Virus record (IMG/VR): IMGVR_UViG_3300033069_001940
Span: 32,001-96,000 of that record
DNA length: 64,000 bases
DNA from: a virus
Taxonomy: Duplodnaviria; Caudoviricetes
Strand: one strand, 5' to 3'
Within the stretch, counting starts at the first letter, position 1. Every line of letters starts with the position of its first letter. The notes under the pieces are model-generated. The model worked only from the letters and a program-made list of their open reading frames with translations, ran no database searches and was not told where the DNA came from. Position numbers and translations under genes: made by a program. Shown here one piece after another: positions 1 through 9,646 of the stretch.

Positions 1-1
1 T

Positions 2-3000
2 GATTTAGGAAATGTTAATTATAAATCAATAAATATTTCAACAAAAAATAAACATATTACTGGAGTTAATGAAGTTTATACCAGTCTTGGAATATCCAAT
101 GGTGTATCTCAAAGATTTAATGTTTTAAATTTTAAAGATGATTATGTTGTATGTAATTTAACCAATAGGTCGGATGAAAGATTTAATGCTCAAGATGAAA
201 TGAATCCCTACTATTTTGATAGTGGTAGTATATATTTATCATATGACGCAAAAGAAATTAGACATATTTTTGACCATTATGATTTGGTTAATAATAATAC
301 TCCTGTTAATTTTGCTAATTCTAATGTTAATATTTTAGGTAATAAATTAAGTTTAGGTCTAGGTCCAGAGAAAAAAGAAAATTTAATTATTTCTAATGAA
401 ATAACATTAGAAGCTGAATTTTTATCAGACGGAATTGAAATTCAAAACGTTTTGTCAATTAGAAAAGTTTCTGATAATTCTGAATTAAGTGTTTCTAATA
501 TTTCTGGATATACAATTGTTCTTGATCAAAATATTAACTATCCATTAGCTGGCGAAGAGGTTGAGGTTATTTATAATTTGACTTTGAACGGATCCAGTAC
601 GCCCATTGTTGATTATGATCATGGCGAATTATTTATTGATTATACATATTTAAATGATGAAATTTTGGTATCCTATGAATACGGGGATAATTGTTTGGAT
701 TTTAGAGAATCTGAAACTGTATCCTCTGGAGAAACGTATTATGTGACTTATAAAGTAGGAGCATTGAGAGATGCTTTATTAAAGAATTTTGGTTCTTTAA
801 TAAATATTCCTGTACTTAATCATTTTGATAATTCAATGGTTAGGGAAAGATACAGAGATGCTTTAAGTGCTGCTCTTCAGAGTTTTACTAAAGGCCCAAC
901 AAAAATATCAATGGAAAATTTGGTTTCAAAAATAACTCATATTAAACCAGAAATAAACGAATCTATTTTTAAAGTTTGGTCGCTTGGATCTAGCTATTTA
1001 TATTCAAATAGTATTTTGGTTAATGGAGATGTTCAAATTGTTCCAGGAAAATTTGATTATGGAATGTTGATTGAAAAAGATGGTCAAAATATTGTTTTTC
1101 CAGTTTCGGGTAATTTAAAATTAGAAGAAGGAACCTTAGAAACATTTGTAACGCCTCAGTGGTTTGGTTTGGATAATGACGCGACTCTAACATTTAAATT
1201 ATTTTCTGATGAGTCTGTGTTAGATTCTGATAAAATTTATATTGGTTCAAAAGGATACCATCCAACATATGATATTACTAATTCATTTTCTTTAAATAAA
1301 AATGATTTAGAAAGTCCAAAAGGAATACCATATCAAATTAGCGATACATATTCAAATGGTATATTTATTTATTTTGATGAAGATAATAAAGTGTGGAAAT
1401 TATTAGCAAAAGATTCATCAAATAAATCATATACTGGAAATATTATTTCATCTGGGGAAATTTATAATGCCAAGTTAATTCCTGGTCTAGCTGATATTAG
1501 TGATTATATAAGAAGTGGATTAAAAGAGATTAATTTTAAATTAAATATTGATAACTATGATTTTATGTATCCAGACGGATATGCCGACGGTTATGCAGAC
1601 GGATACGTTGATGGATATGGTTATGTAGATGGGTATACAGATGGTTACGTTCAAGGATTTTCTTTCGACGGTCTACAATTTATGGCGGACGAAGAGCATT
1701 ATTTATTTGATTTTGGAGATTCAGATAAAAATAGATTTTCAATATTTAAAGATGGAAGTGGGTATTTAAATTTTCTTGTAAAAGATAAATTAGGTAATAA
1801 TAGAAGAGTAAGTACGGATATTTCTAATTGGAAGTCGGGGCAAACTCATCATATTGCAGCTTCATGGAAAATAGATACTTTTGATGAAAAAGATGAAATG
1901 CATTTATTTGTAGATGGTTTTGAGGTTCCAAATATAATTAAATATGGCGGTAGGCCCGAGACTTATATTGATGAAAAATTTAGATCAGTTAAATCAGAAA
2001 CAATTTTAGGTTCTTTAAGTAAAACAATATTATTTGGCGCCGATCTTCATACGCAGGCTGGTAGTCCGATTGTTTATTCTGACTCTATTGATTTTGATAG
2101 TAAAGGAATAATTCCTGGTGATTCAATAAAAATAATAGAATCTGGGTTTAATGATTATACAATTATTAGCGTTTTGGGAAATTATCTTACACTTGACGCT
2201 AATATGCCTGCCTCATTAACTGATGCAAGATTTTCGGTCAATGAATTTAGTTCAGTAGTTTCTAGTGAAATAAACCTTTACAGTAATATCGCTGTCTATC
2301 TTTTAAGATCTGGAGAAGAAATTGAATTACCAGGAGTTAGAGCCCAATTTCCTGGTTATGAAATTAGTAAGAACATGTTAAATCAAGATGTTCTTACTAT
2401 AATTGGTAATGCGGAAATTGGTGATAAAATAGTTATTAGAACTTTTGGTATCAATCATAAGCGTTGTCGAGATAGACAATTTATCTGGGGCAACTACTCT
2501 AGTATTTTTAAAACATCATTACCATCTCCAATTAATTTAGATGAAGTTAGTATTAAAAAAATATTATTACCAATGACTAATTTGAGTTTAGAAAATTCGT
2601 CATACGTTGGACCTGCTTTGGTATCCTTGAATATACAAACGTCACAACCTTCAAATATTACAGAAGGAAGAACTTTAGCGGTTAGAGTTAATGGTAACAA
2701 TGTTGATTTTTCAACCCCCACACAAATTACTATTAACGGAGTTACTAATGGGGTTGCTACATCAGAAGTTTTATCATTTACTAGTGCTGGAACACAATAT
2801 ACAACCAATAAGTTTCTTAATATTAGTGGCGTAGATGCTACAACATATACTATTGCTACAAATAAGCCAGGAATTTCATTTGAAATTTCTGAAAAATATT
2901 CTATTACATATTCTGAAGGTAATGAAAATTATCCGGTAATTAGATTTAGTTACAAAACGCAAACCGGCAAATCTCTTTCTGGATCAGGTTTAGATGTCGT

Positions 3001-4687
3001 AACCGATCAATCTGGTTATTTTCTTAATTCAAACGTTGGACAAAAATTAGTAATTAAAACACCTTTATCTGTGGCTGGAACTTATTTAATAACAGAAAAA
3101 ATTAATGATACCTCTATTAGATTAGACCCTCCTCCACCTACTAATTTTAGTGGTGGAACATATGATATTTTTAATGTTAGTTTGGGAAGGTCTGGATTTC
3201 AAAATGGTTTTTGGACATTAGAAACTGCTGGACAGGTTAATGTTCCATATCTTTTAACAGAAGGATTTTATGAGTTTGATTATTCGGTCTATTTAACTAT
3301 TCCATTCGATCCTATTTCAAAAGGCGATGTTTATATAGGGTCAGACATATTCGGTAAAAAACAGGCTAAGGTAGTATTTGATGAATTTATTATTTGGTCA
3401 AAGCAATTGACCGACACAAGGGTTGGAGAAACAATTCAAGATAACGAATTTTCAATAACATCAAATGCATTAAGAATAATTCCGCAAGAAAAAAACAAGA
3501 ATATTTTAGTTCTTTTAGATTTTAATAAAGTACCATTAATAAATAATTCAGATTATTGGATTTCATCAACTAGCGAATATCTTCAATCAGATTCAAGTGT
3601 TAATAGTAATTTTGAAAAAAGCCTTTTAATTACTGAAAAACCTTTTGTTTTGGATAATTTTGGTTTATTGCAAACTAACTCCGAAGGAACAATAGAATTC
3701 TGGGTTAGTCCGAAATACGATACATATAATGACCCGACTGTTAGATTTTATTTTGATGCCACCTCTGCTGTTTATGAAGATGTAACATCTTCAACAACAT
3801 CATCTATTGTTTTAACTGGTAAAGCTAATAAAATAGTTGGAATATATTTGCAAAAAGATATTAATAATCTGAATAATCTAACTGATGGTTCAATTTTATC
3901 CAATGATGGGCAGACAATTAGGTTAAGCCGCCCACTACCTTATCAGCAAACTCCAGTTAGAGTATATTATATACCAAATGGCATATCACAAGGAAGAATT
4001 TCTATTTATAAAGATTCTTACGGATATATTACTTTTTCTGTATTTACTCAAGATCAAACTTTTGAGGTAAAGCAACCAGTTTTTTGGTCTAAAAATACCT
4101 GGCATAGAATACAAGCTACTTATAAATTTAACAAATTAAATAACCAAGATGAAATAAGATTATTTATTGATGGAGAAGAAAAAGGAACTGTTAAATTTGG
4201 CCAAGGATTCTTATTTGGAGAGGGTGTTGTTTTCGGACAAAGCTTTGCAGGGGTTAACAAGGCGAGACTAGTAGCCGATATAAATTTTATAGATCCAATT
4301 AATCAAATTTATATTGGTTCAAATTATTTAAATTCATCAACAGCATTTGCTAGAATAGATAATTTAAGATTAAGTAATATATCTAGGCCTCCAACGGTAA
4401 TTGCTTATCAAGACACAGATATTAATTTTAGCAGTAATCTTTCATTAGTTTATCCTGTTGTTTCTGATGCATTTACAACGTATTTGATGGATTTTAATAC
4501 TCTATTTCAAAAGAATACTGATTTTTCTATCTTAGTTGATGAAAAATATGGTATCTTTAATTTTGATCTAAATATCTTAGACTCTTTTGGTATATTATCA
4601 AGCGATCTAAGATTAAAACAAATTTTAGAGACATTAATAAAAGTTCTTAAGCCTGCTGATAACAAAGTAAATATTATATATGGGTAG
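2..4687 (+). CDS. Very large putative virion structural protein with LamG/concanavalin-like domains (5'-truncated by the window)
   Basis: The frame is open from base 2 into the 200..4687 ORF. LamG-like motifs occur twice (EGTLETFVTP...WKSGQTHHIAASW...MHLFVDG; EGTIEFWVSP...WHRIQATY...IRLFIDG...YIGS...IDNLRLS). Beta-rich, >1500 aa. Confidence 0.65.
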   Translation, partial: DLGNVNYKSINISTKNKHITGVNEVYTSLGISNGVSQRFNVLNFKDDYVVCNLTNRSDERFNAQDEMNPYYFDSGSIYLSYDAKEIRHIFDHYDLVNNNTPVNFANSNVNILGNKLSLGLGPEKKENLIISNEITLEAEFLSDGIEIQNVLSIRKVSDNSELSVSNISGYTIVLDQNINYPLAGEEVEVIYNLTLNGSSTPIVDYDHGELFIDYTYLNDEILVSYEYGDNCLDFRESETVSSGETYYVTYKVGALRDALLKNFGSLINIPVLNHFDNSMVRERYRDALSAALQSFTKGPTKISMENLVSKITHIKPEINESIFKVWSLGSSYLYSNSILVNGDVQIVPGKFDYGMLIEKDGQNIVFPVSGNLKLEEGTLETFVTPQWFGLDNDATLTFKLFSDESVLDSDKIYIGSKGYHPTYDITNSFSLNKNDLESPKGIPYQISDTYSNGIFIYFDEDNKVWKLLAKDSSNKSYTGNIISSGEIYNAKLIPGLADISDYIRSGLKEINFKLNIDNYDFMYPDGYADGYADGYVDGYGYVDGYTDGYVQGFSFDGLQFMADEEHYLFDFGDSDKNRFSIFKDGSGYLNFLVKDKLGNNRRVSTDISNWKSGQTHHIAASWKIDTFDEKDEMHLFVDGFEVPNIIKYGGRPETYIDEKFRSVKSETILGSLSKTILFGADLHTQAGSPIVYSDSIDFDSKGIIPGDSIKIIESGFNDYTIISVLGNYLTLDANMPASLTDARFSVNEFSSVVSSEINLYSNIAVYLLRSGEEIELPGVRAQFPGYEISKNMLNQDVLTIIGNAEIGDKIVIRTFGINHKRCRDRQFIWGNYSSIFKTSLPSPINLDEVSIKKILLPMTNLSLENSSYVGPALVSLNIQTSQPSNITEGRTLAVRVNGNNVDFSTPTQITINGVTNGVATSEVLSFTSAGTQYTTNKFLNISGVDATTYTIATNKPGISFEISEKYSITYSEGNENYPVIRFSYKTQTGKSLSGSGLDVVTDQSGYFLNSNVGQKLVIKTPLSVAGTYLITEKINDTSIRLDPPPPTNFSGGTYDIFNVSLGRSGFQNGFWTLETAGQVNVPYLLTEGFYEFDYSVYLTIPFDPISKGDVYIGSDIFGKKQAKVVFDEFIIWSKQLTDTRVGETIQDNEFSITSNALRIIPQEKNKNILVLLDFNKVPLINNSDYWISSTSEYLQSDSSVNSNFEKSLLITEKPFVLDNFGLLQTNSEGTIEFWVSPKYDTYNDPTVRFYFDATSAVYEDVTSSTTSSIVLTGKANKIVGIYLQKDINNLNNLTDGSILSNDGQTIRLSRPLPYQQTPVRVYYIPNGISQGRISIYKDSYGYITFSVFTQDQTFEVKQPVFWSKNTWHRIQATYKFNKLNNQDEIRLFIDGEEKGTVKFGQGFLFGEGVVFGQSFAGVNKARLVADINFIDPINQIYIGSNYLNSSTAFARIDNLRLSNISRPPTVIAYQDTDINFSSNLSLVYPVVSDAFTTYLMDFNTLFQKNTDFSILVDEKYGIFNFDLNILDSFGILSSDLRLKQILETLIKVLKPADNKVNIIYG
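1574..1648 (+). repeat. In-frame DGY peptide repeat (DGYADGYADGYVDGYGYVDGYTDGY)
   Basis: Six DGY units encoded with varied synonymous codons. Confidence 0.9.
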
Positions 4688-4689
4688 AT

Positions 4690-7587
4690 ATGAAGAAAAA
4701 AGAAATTTCAATACCAGAAACATTATGGCAAAATTCAATGCGCGTACAGCAATCAGATTTGATTGCTCAACAAAATCACAGCAATCAAGTAGATTCTGCG
4801 ATAGTAAATAATCATTTTGGTTCTGGTGTTTTATTAGAAGGCTTGAATAAAACGATTATTTTTGATTCTGATAATCTTACTACAGACCAAACTAACTTAA
4901 AAAATATTAATTCATTTGATGGTGTTGGGATTACCCCTCATAATCAACCTTCGGATTTAACATATGGTAATCAGTTAGAGGTTATTTTAACTGATTCAAA
5001 TGTTTTTGGAAGATTATCAGTTAAGGTAGCGATCATCGGATTAGATTTTAATGGCAATCTGCAAAGTGATACTTTTTATTTTTTTGAAAATGAAAAGCAG
5101 ATTACATCCAAACATTATACCAAGGTCTTAAGTATTTTATTTTATGATTTTTTTGGAAATTTTATTTCTAGAAATCTTGGTGGAAGAATTTTAATTCAGG
5201 AAACAAATTCATTACAAATTTCCAAAGAATCTGTAATGATTGCTCAGGATACTTATCCATCTTTATTTTGGAGAGATTTTAAACCAAATACCACAACATC
5301 AAATTTATCAAATATCTTACAAACAGCAATAGGCCCAGAATATAATGTTGATGGTTTAAATATTAATATAAGCGGAATAACTTCCAAGCAATTAGAGCCA
5401 GACGACGTTGTTTCGCAGGTTGGACAAAAGTTTTTAGCAAAAACTAATAATATTCAAAAAATAACATTGCTTTTAGGAGTTGTAGCTGACGGTTCTGTAT
5501 TTGATTGGTCAGGTGATTTGGTTGTTAGTATATATCCATTACAAACAGACGTCGTTAATCCTGGCGATATTCTACCAGGATTGCCAATTGAATTTACTCC
5601 ATCTAATCAACCTTTAGTTCAAATTAGTTATAGTCAACAAACATTAAAAGAAATTGGATATCAATTAAATGATGTACTTCAACCAATTGATTTTGTATTT
5701 TCTGGAACAAAAGTTGGAAAATCTGGCGGAATAGTTCCAGATAAATATTATGTGGTAACTGTAAAACGCTCAGGTTCTGCTGATACTGGCACAATTTTAT
5801 TAGGAGCAGGTTTAAGCTCATCATCTGATTATAGAGTTACACTTTACAATAGCGTGTGGGTTGATATTCCAGAAGAATCATTATGGTTCCAAGTCTGGAC
5901 CGATGCTGCTAAAGTATCAGACGGAATGGGATATGATAATGGTATTGGTATTAGCATTCCTAAAACAAAATTAGATCCAAAAACTGGATCCATTATTGAT
6001 AACGAAGAAAAATATTATTCAATTTTTTCTACATCAGAAAACACTTTAAATACAGCTATTATACAGGCGGTTGAAGAAGATTTTCTAGTTTCTCAAAATG
6101 AAAGAACGGGATCAAAAACATTTATTAGAAAAAGAATGGTCCCATCGTTAAATTTTGTTAGTTCTTCTAAGCTTAATGAGTTAAAAAATGAATATTTACC
6201 ATTAATAGTGGGTGCTGCCCAAGATTTTAATCCAAAAAAGAATTTGACTTTAACTAAAGTTCAAACATATCCTGGATTAGGACTTAATGATGCATTTATC
6301 ATTATTAATCCTGACTCTGACTTATTATCATTTAATTTGGTCGGAAGCAAACTAAAACCAAATGTTCTTAATACTAATGAATATAGAATATTTAAACAAA
6401 CTCTATATACTAATTATTATGGAGACGTTAATGGCGATGGTATAATTGATAATTTAGATGTAATTAGAGCTACGGAATTATTAGGATATTCTTTATCAAG
6501 CCCTGTAACACAGCAAAAGATTTTAGACGGTGAAGTTACCACTTTAGAAATTTTAAGAGCAGATGTGGATGGCGATGGAACAGTAACATCAACAGATATA
6601 GACTTAATTACACAATATGTTAATAAAGAAATTTCTGGGTTCTCTGCTGGAACTTATTTTAAACACTTGTTATTAAAAGTACAACAAAGCGTTGGTCGTT
6701 ATGATTATTATTATGATTGTACTAATGGAAGAATAAGATTAGATGGAGTTACTAGTCAAAATATTATTTCGGTAGGTAGCGTCAGTGAGTCAACCGCAAT
6801 ATTAGACGGGTACATGTTTGATCAATCAATAGAGTCTGACCCAGCTTATTCAACTACATCATTTGTTGATGTAACATATGAAATATTACCACAATTATTT
6901 TGGCAGTCTTATTTATTCTGTGTTAATGATGATGTTAGATTAGTACCATCTTCATTTATAAATGAAAATGCAATAGTACCGTATACCGACCCCAACATTT
7001 CTTTGTCTGAGGATAAATCAAAATCTACACCAACAGTTGATACTGGAAGAAATGATGTATTTTTCCCAGGCCATATTTATCTTAATAATGGCCAATTACT
7101 TAATAAAGATGGCACTTATTACAAAATAGATTTTGAAATTGGAAACATTACTTTAGAATTACCAATTCAAGCTTTAATCGAATCTAATATTAATATTTTT
7201 GAAAAATTTATTTGCGAATATAATAACACTGGATTAACTGCGGCTAAATACAAAGCAATGAAATATGCTGATGGAAGTTTTGTTCAGCCAAATGATTTAG
7301 CATATAATAGAATAAGATTTGCAGCGGCGATTCAGAGTATTGCAAAAAATTCTGATGGTTATTCTGTCGATGATGGTTATGGAATAATTTTAGACGATAT
7401 ATTCGGGGTTTTAATAGATCATTCAACCGGCATTTTAACTTTAAATGTTCAGAATCTGTCGATAGATCCTATTTATTTAACTTTGATTACAAAAATTCAA
7501 ATTACCGTTTATCTTAAGAAAGGCAGTTGGAACAATACTCCTATTGTTGTTAATGCTTCTGAAATAGCGGGTTTAATTTCTTCGTAA
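4690..7587 (+). CDS. Large putative virion protein containing a dockerin-like duplicated Ca-binding motif
   Basis: GDVNGDGIIDNLDV ... ADVDGDGTVTSTDIDLI; starts 2 nt after the upstream structural gene. Confidence 0.6.
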   Translation: MKKKEISIPETLWQNSMRVQQSDLIAQQNHSNQVDSAIVNNHFGSGVLLEGLNKTIIFDSDNLTTDQTNLKNINSFDGVGITPHNQPSDLTYGNQLEVILTDSNVFGRLSVKVAIIGLDFNGNLQSDTFYFFENEKQITSKHYTKVLSILFYDFFGNFISRNLGGRILIQETNSLQISKESVMIAQDTYPSLFWRDFKPNTTTSNLSNILQTAIGPEYNVDGLNINISGITSKQLEPDDVVSQVGQKFLAKTNNIQKITLLLGVVADGSVFDWSGDLVVSIYPLQTDVVNPGDILPGLPIEFTPSNQPLVQISYSQQTLKEIGYQLNDVLQPIDFVFSGTKVGKSGGIVPDKYYVVTVKRSGSADTGTILLGAGLSSSSDYRVTLYNSVWVDIPEESLWFQVWTDAAKVSDGMGYDNGIGISIPKTKLDPKTGSIIDNEEKYYSIFSTSENTLNTAIIQAVEEDFLVSQNERTGSKTFIRKRMVPSLNFVSSSKLNELKNEYLPLIVGAAQDFNPKKNLTLTKVQTYPGLGLNDAFIIINPDSDLLSFNLVGSKLKPNVLNTNEYRIFKQTLYTNYYGDVNGDGIIDNLDVIRATELLGYSLSSPVTQQKILDGEVTTLEILRADVDGDGTVTSTDIDLITQYVNKEISGFSAGTYFKHLLLKVQQSVGRYDYYYDCTNGRIRLDGVTSQNIISVGSVSESTAILDGYMFDQSIESDPAYSTTSFVDVTYEILPQLFWQSYLFCVNDDVRLVPSSFINENAIVPYTDPNISLSEDKSKSTPTVDTGRNDVFFPGHIYLNNGQLLNKDGTYYKIDFEIGNITLELPIQALIESNINIFEKFICEYNNTGLTAAKYKAMKYADGSFVQPNDLAYNRIRFAAAIQSIAKNSDGYSVDDGYGIILDDIFGVLIDHSTGILTLNVQNLSIDPIYLTLITKIQITVYLKKGSWNNTPIVVNASEIAGLISS

Positions 7588-7589
7588 TT

Positions 7590-8684
7590 ATGAAAATTTG
7601 TATCAAAGGTTTTTTCGGTGAGAATCACTCTTGGGCAGTATGTCATCGCGGTCTAGCTAATTCCTTAATTAAAAAAGGACATGATGTAGATATCTGTTCT
7701 ACAGATGGAAGTAGATTTCTTCCAAAAAATCTACTTCCATTTCTTAAAAAAGAAAATCAATTATATCATGATTATGATATGCAAATTAGTTATACTGCTA
7801 TGATTAATTTTCCGAGACATTTATCGCGCGGAACCAAAAATAGATTTGGTATTTGGAATTATGAATTTACGGTTTTGCCAAATAAACCACAACCATTTAA
7901 TAAATTTTATACATTTACTGATAAATTTCTGCCATCCTCGAATTTTTCAAAAGAAATTTTTTTAAAAAATAATATTCCAGAGAGTCATATGGAAGTGGTT
8001 TCTCATGGAGTTGATTTAGAACATTGGAATAATTTAGAGCCATTTAAATTAAATACAAATAAAAAAGTTAAAATATTAGCCAATATAGCACAGCCTCATA
8101 TAAGAAAAAATCTATCAGGATTACTAGACGCTTATGGTTTAGCATTTAATAAAAGCGATGATGTTTGTTTAGTGTTGAAGGTAGTTGATAAACCGCCTTC
8201 ATTTTCTTTTGAAGTTTCTTTTTCAGAAATATATAAAGACTTTAATAAAAAATTCCCTAATCATGCGGAATGCGAAGTTATTAAAGCTTTTATTCCAGAG
8301 ATAGGAAGTTTATATAAATCAACAGACATAGTATTTACTATGTCAAATTCTGAATGTTTTTATTTTCCTGGATTAGAAGCATTAGCAACTAATAATATAA
8401 ATGTTTGTCCTCGTTATGGTGGACAATTAGATTTTTTAAATGATGGCAATGCTTTGTTGATAAGTGGAAAAGACGTCAGAGCCCCAATTGCGGCTCAATA
8501 CTGGAATGGTTCGCCATACTCTTCTATGTTTGAGCCATCAGTTAGTGAAGCCGTAGATAAGTTAAGGTTCGCGGTATCAAATGTAAATGATTTAAAAAAT
8601 AAATTTTCAACAAATTCTAAAGAGATATTGAAAGAATATACTTGGGACAAAGTTACTGACAAAATTATTAGTTTGGCAAAATAA
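7590..8684 (+). CDS. Glycosyltransferase, GT4-like (GT-B)
   Basis: HGVD, RKN, SECFYFPGLEALA (EX7E-like), C-terminal YTWDKV. Confidence 0.85.
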   Translation: MKICIKGFFGENHSWAVCHRGLANSLIKKGHDVDICSTDGSRFLPKNLLPFLKKENQLYHDYDMQISYTAMINFPRHLSRGTKNRFGIWNYEFTVLPNKPQPFNKFYTFTDKFLPSSNFSKEIFLKNNIPESHMEVVSHGVDLEHWNNLEPFKLNTNKKVKILANIAQPHIRKNLSGLLDAYGLAFNKSDDVCLVLKVVDKPPSFSFEVSFSEIYKDFNKKFPNHAECEVIKAFIPEIGSLYKSTDIVFTMSNSECFYFPGLEALATNNINVCPRYGGQLDFLNDGNALLISGKDVRAPIAAQYWNGSPYSSMFEPSVSEAVDKLRFAVSNVNDLKNKFSTNSKEILKEYTWDKVTDKIISLAK

Positions 8685-9646
8685 TGTCATTTAAAATTTT
8701 TCCTTTTTCGGCCGGAATCCCTTGGGAAATAAATAAGGGAATCTTAAATCCTAAGATTCCATTTAATATTTTAAATAATGCTATTTCAGATAAAAATATT
8801 ATTGTTACTTGTTATGGTGGTTTGCTAGAATCTTATTTAAGTCTTTCTTATCTTGAAGCTTTTAATAAAATTTGGCCATCTAAAAAATTAACTTGGTCAG
8901 GCAACCCTATATTCAAAGATTTGATAGAAGCAAATGGTCTGTCTAAATTTAGCGAAGAAATACCTGGAGAGATTTTATCAAGATACCCTGTACCGTTATT
9001 TTTTGATAAATTAAATAACGCAATATTTAATCCATTAAATAATTACATAAAAATAAAACCTTATTATGGAGGCTTGAAATCATTCAATAATAATAATGTT
9101 TATTTAAAACAAATCTGGAATAATTCTCTTCTTGATTTTAAAAATTTTTATTTGCCTTTAATTAGAAATGATTTTGATAATAATAATTTTAAAAATCATT
9201 TATTATTATCAAAATTTGATTTTAATAAACCTTATATTATTATTATCCCTGATGATTTAAAATATTCAATTCATTCTCAAAAATGTTTGCCTTGGAATAT
9301 TCAACAGGTTAAATCTTTTGCTACAATTATATCACAATTAGGATATTCTACAGTTATCTTAACTGATAACGTTTATAAATATTATTCAAATAATTTGCCT
9401 TTTGTTTTTGAATTTAATTTTACTGCATTTTTTACTTTAATTAAGAATTCAAAAATGATTTTATCTAATGAAATAGATTTTTTATTAATTTCACAGTTAA
9501 TATCGGACAATTATTTGGTATCAAATAAGGTAAAAAAATATCTAGATTTTGGTAAAATTGATTATTTATTAAAAACAAAAAGTAAAATTAAAATATTCAA
9601 ATCAATGAATCAAAATGATGTTATTGGATTATTAAATAAAATATGA
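8684..9646 (+). CDS. Putative glycosyltransferase (GT9/heptosyltransferase-like, divergent)
   Basis: GGLLESYLSLSYLEA...WPSKKLTW and KPYIIIIP...KCLPW pattern; cluster context. Confidence 0.45.
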   Translation: MSFKIFPFSAGIPWEINKGILNPKIPFNILNNAISDKNIIVTCYGGLLESYLSLSYLEAFNKIWPSKKLTWSGNPIFKDLIEANGLSKFSEEIPGEILSRYPVPLFFDKLNNAIFNPLNNYIKIKPYYGGLKSFNNNNVYLKQIWNNSLLDFKNFYLPLIRNDFDNNNFKNHLLLSKFDFNKPYIIIIPDDLKYSIHSQKCLPWNIQQVKSFATIISQLGYSTVILTDNVYKYYSNNLPFVFEFNFTAFFTLIKNSKMILSNEIDFLLISQLISDNYLVSNKVKKYLDFGKIDYLLKTKSKIKIFKSMNQNDVIGLLNKI

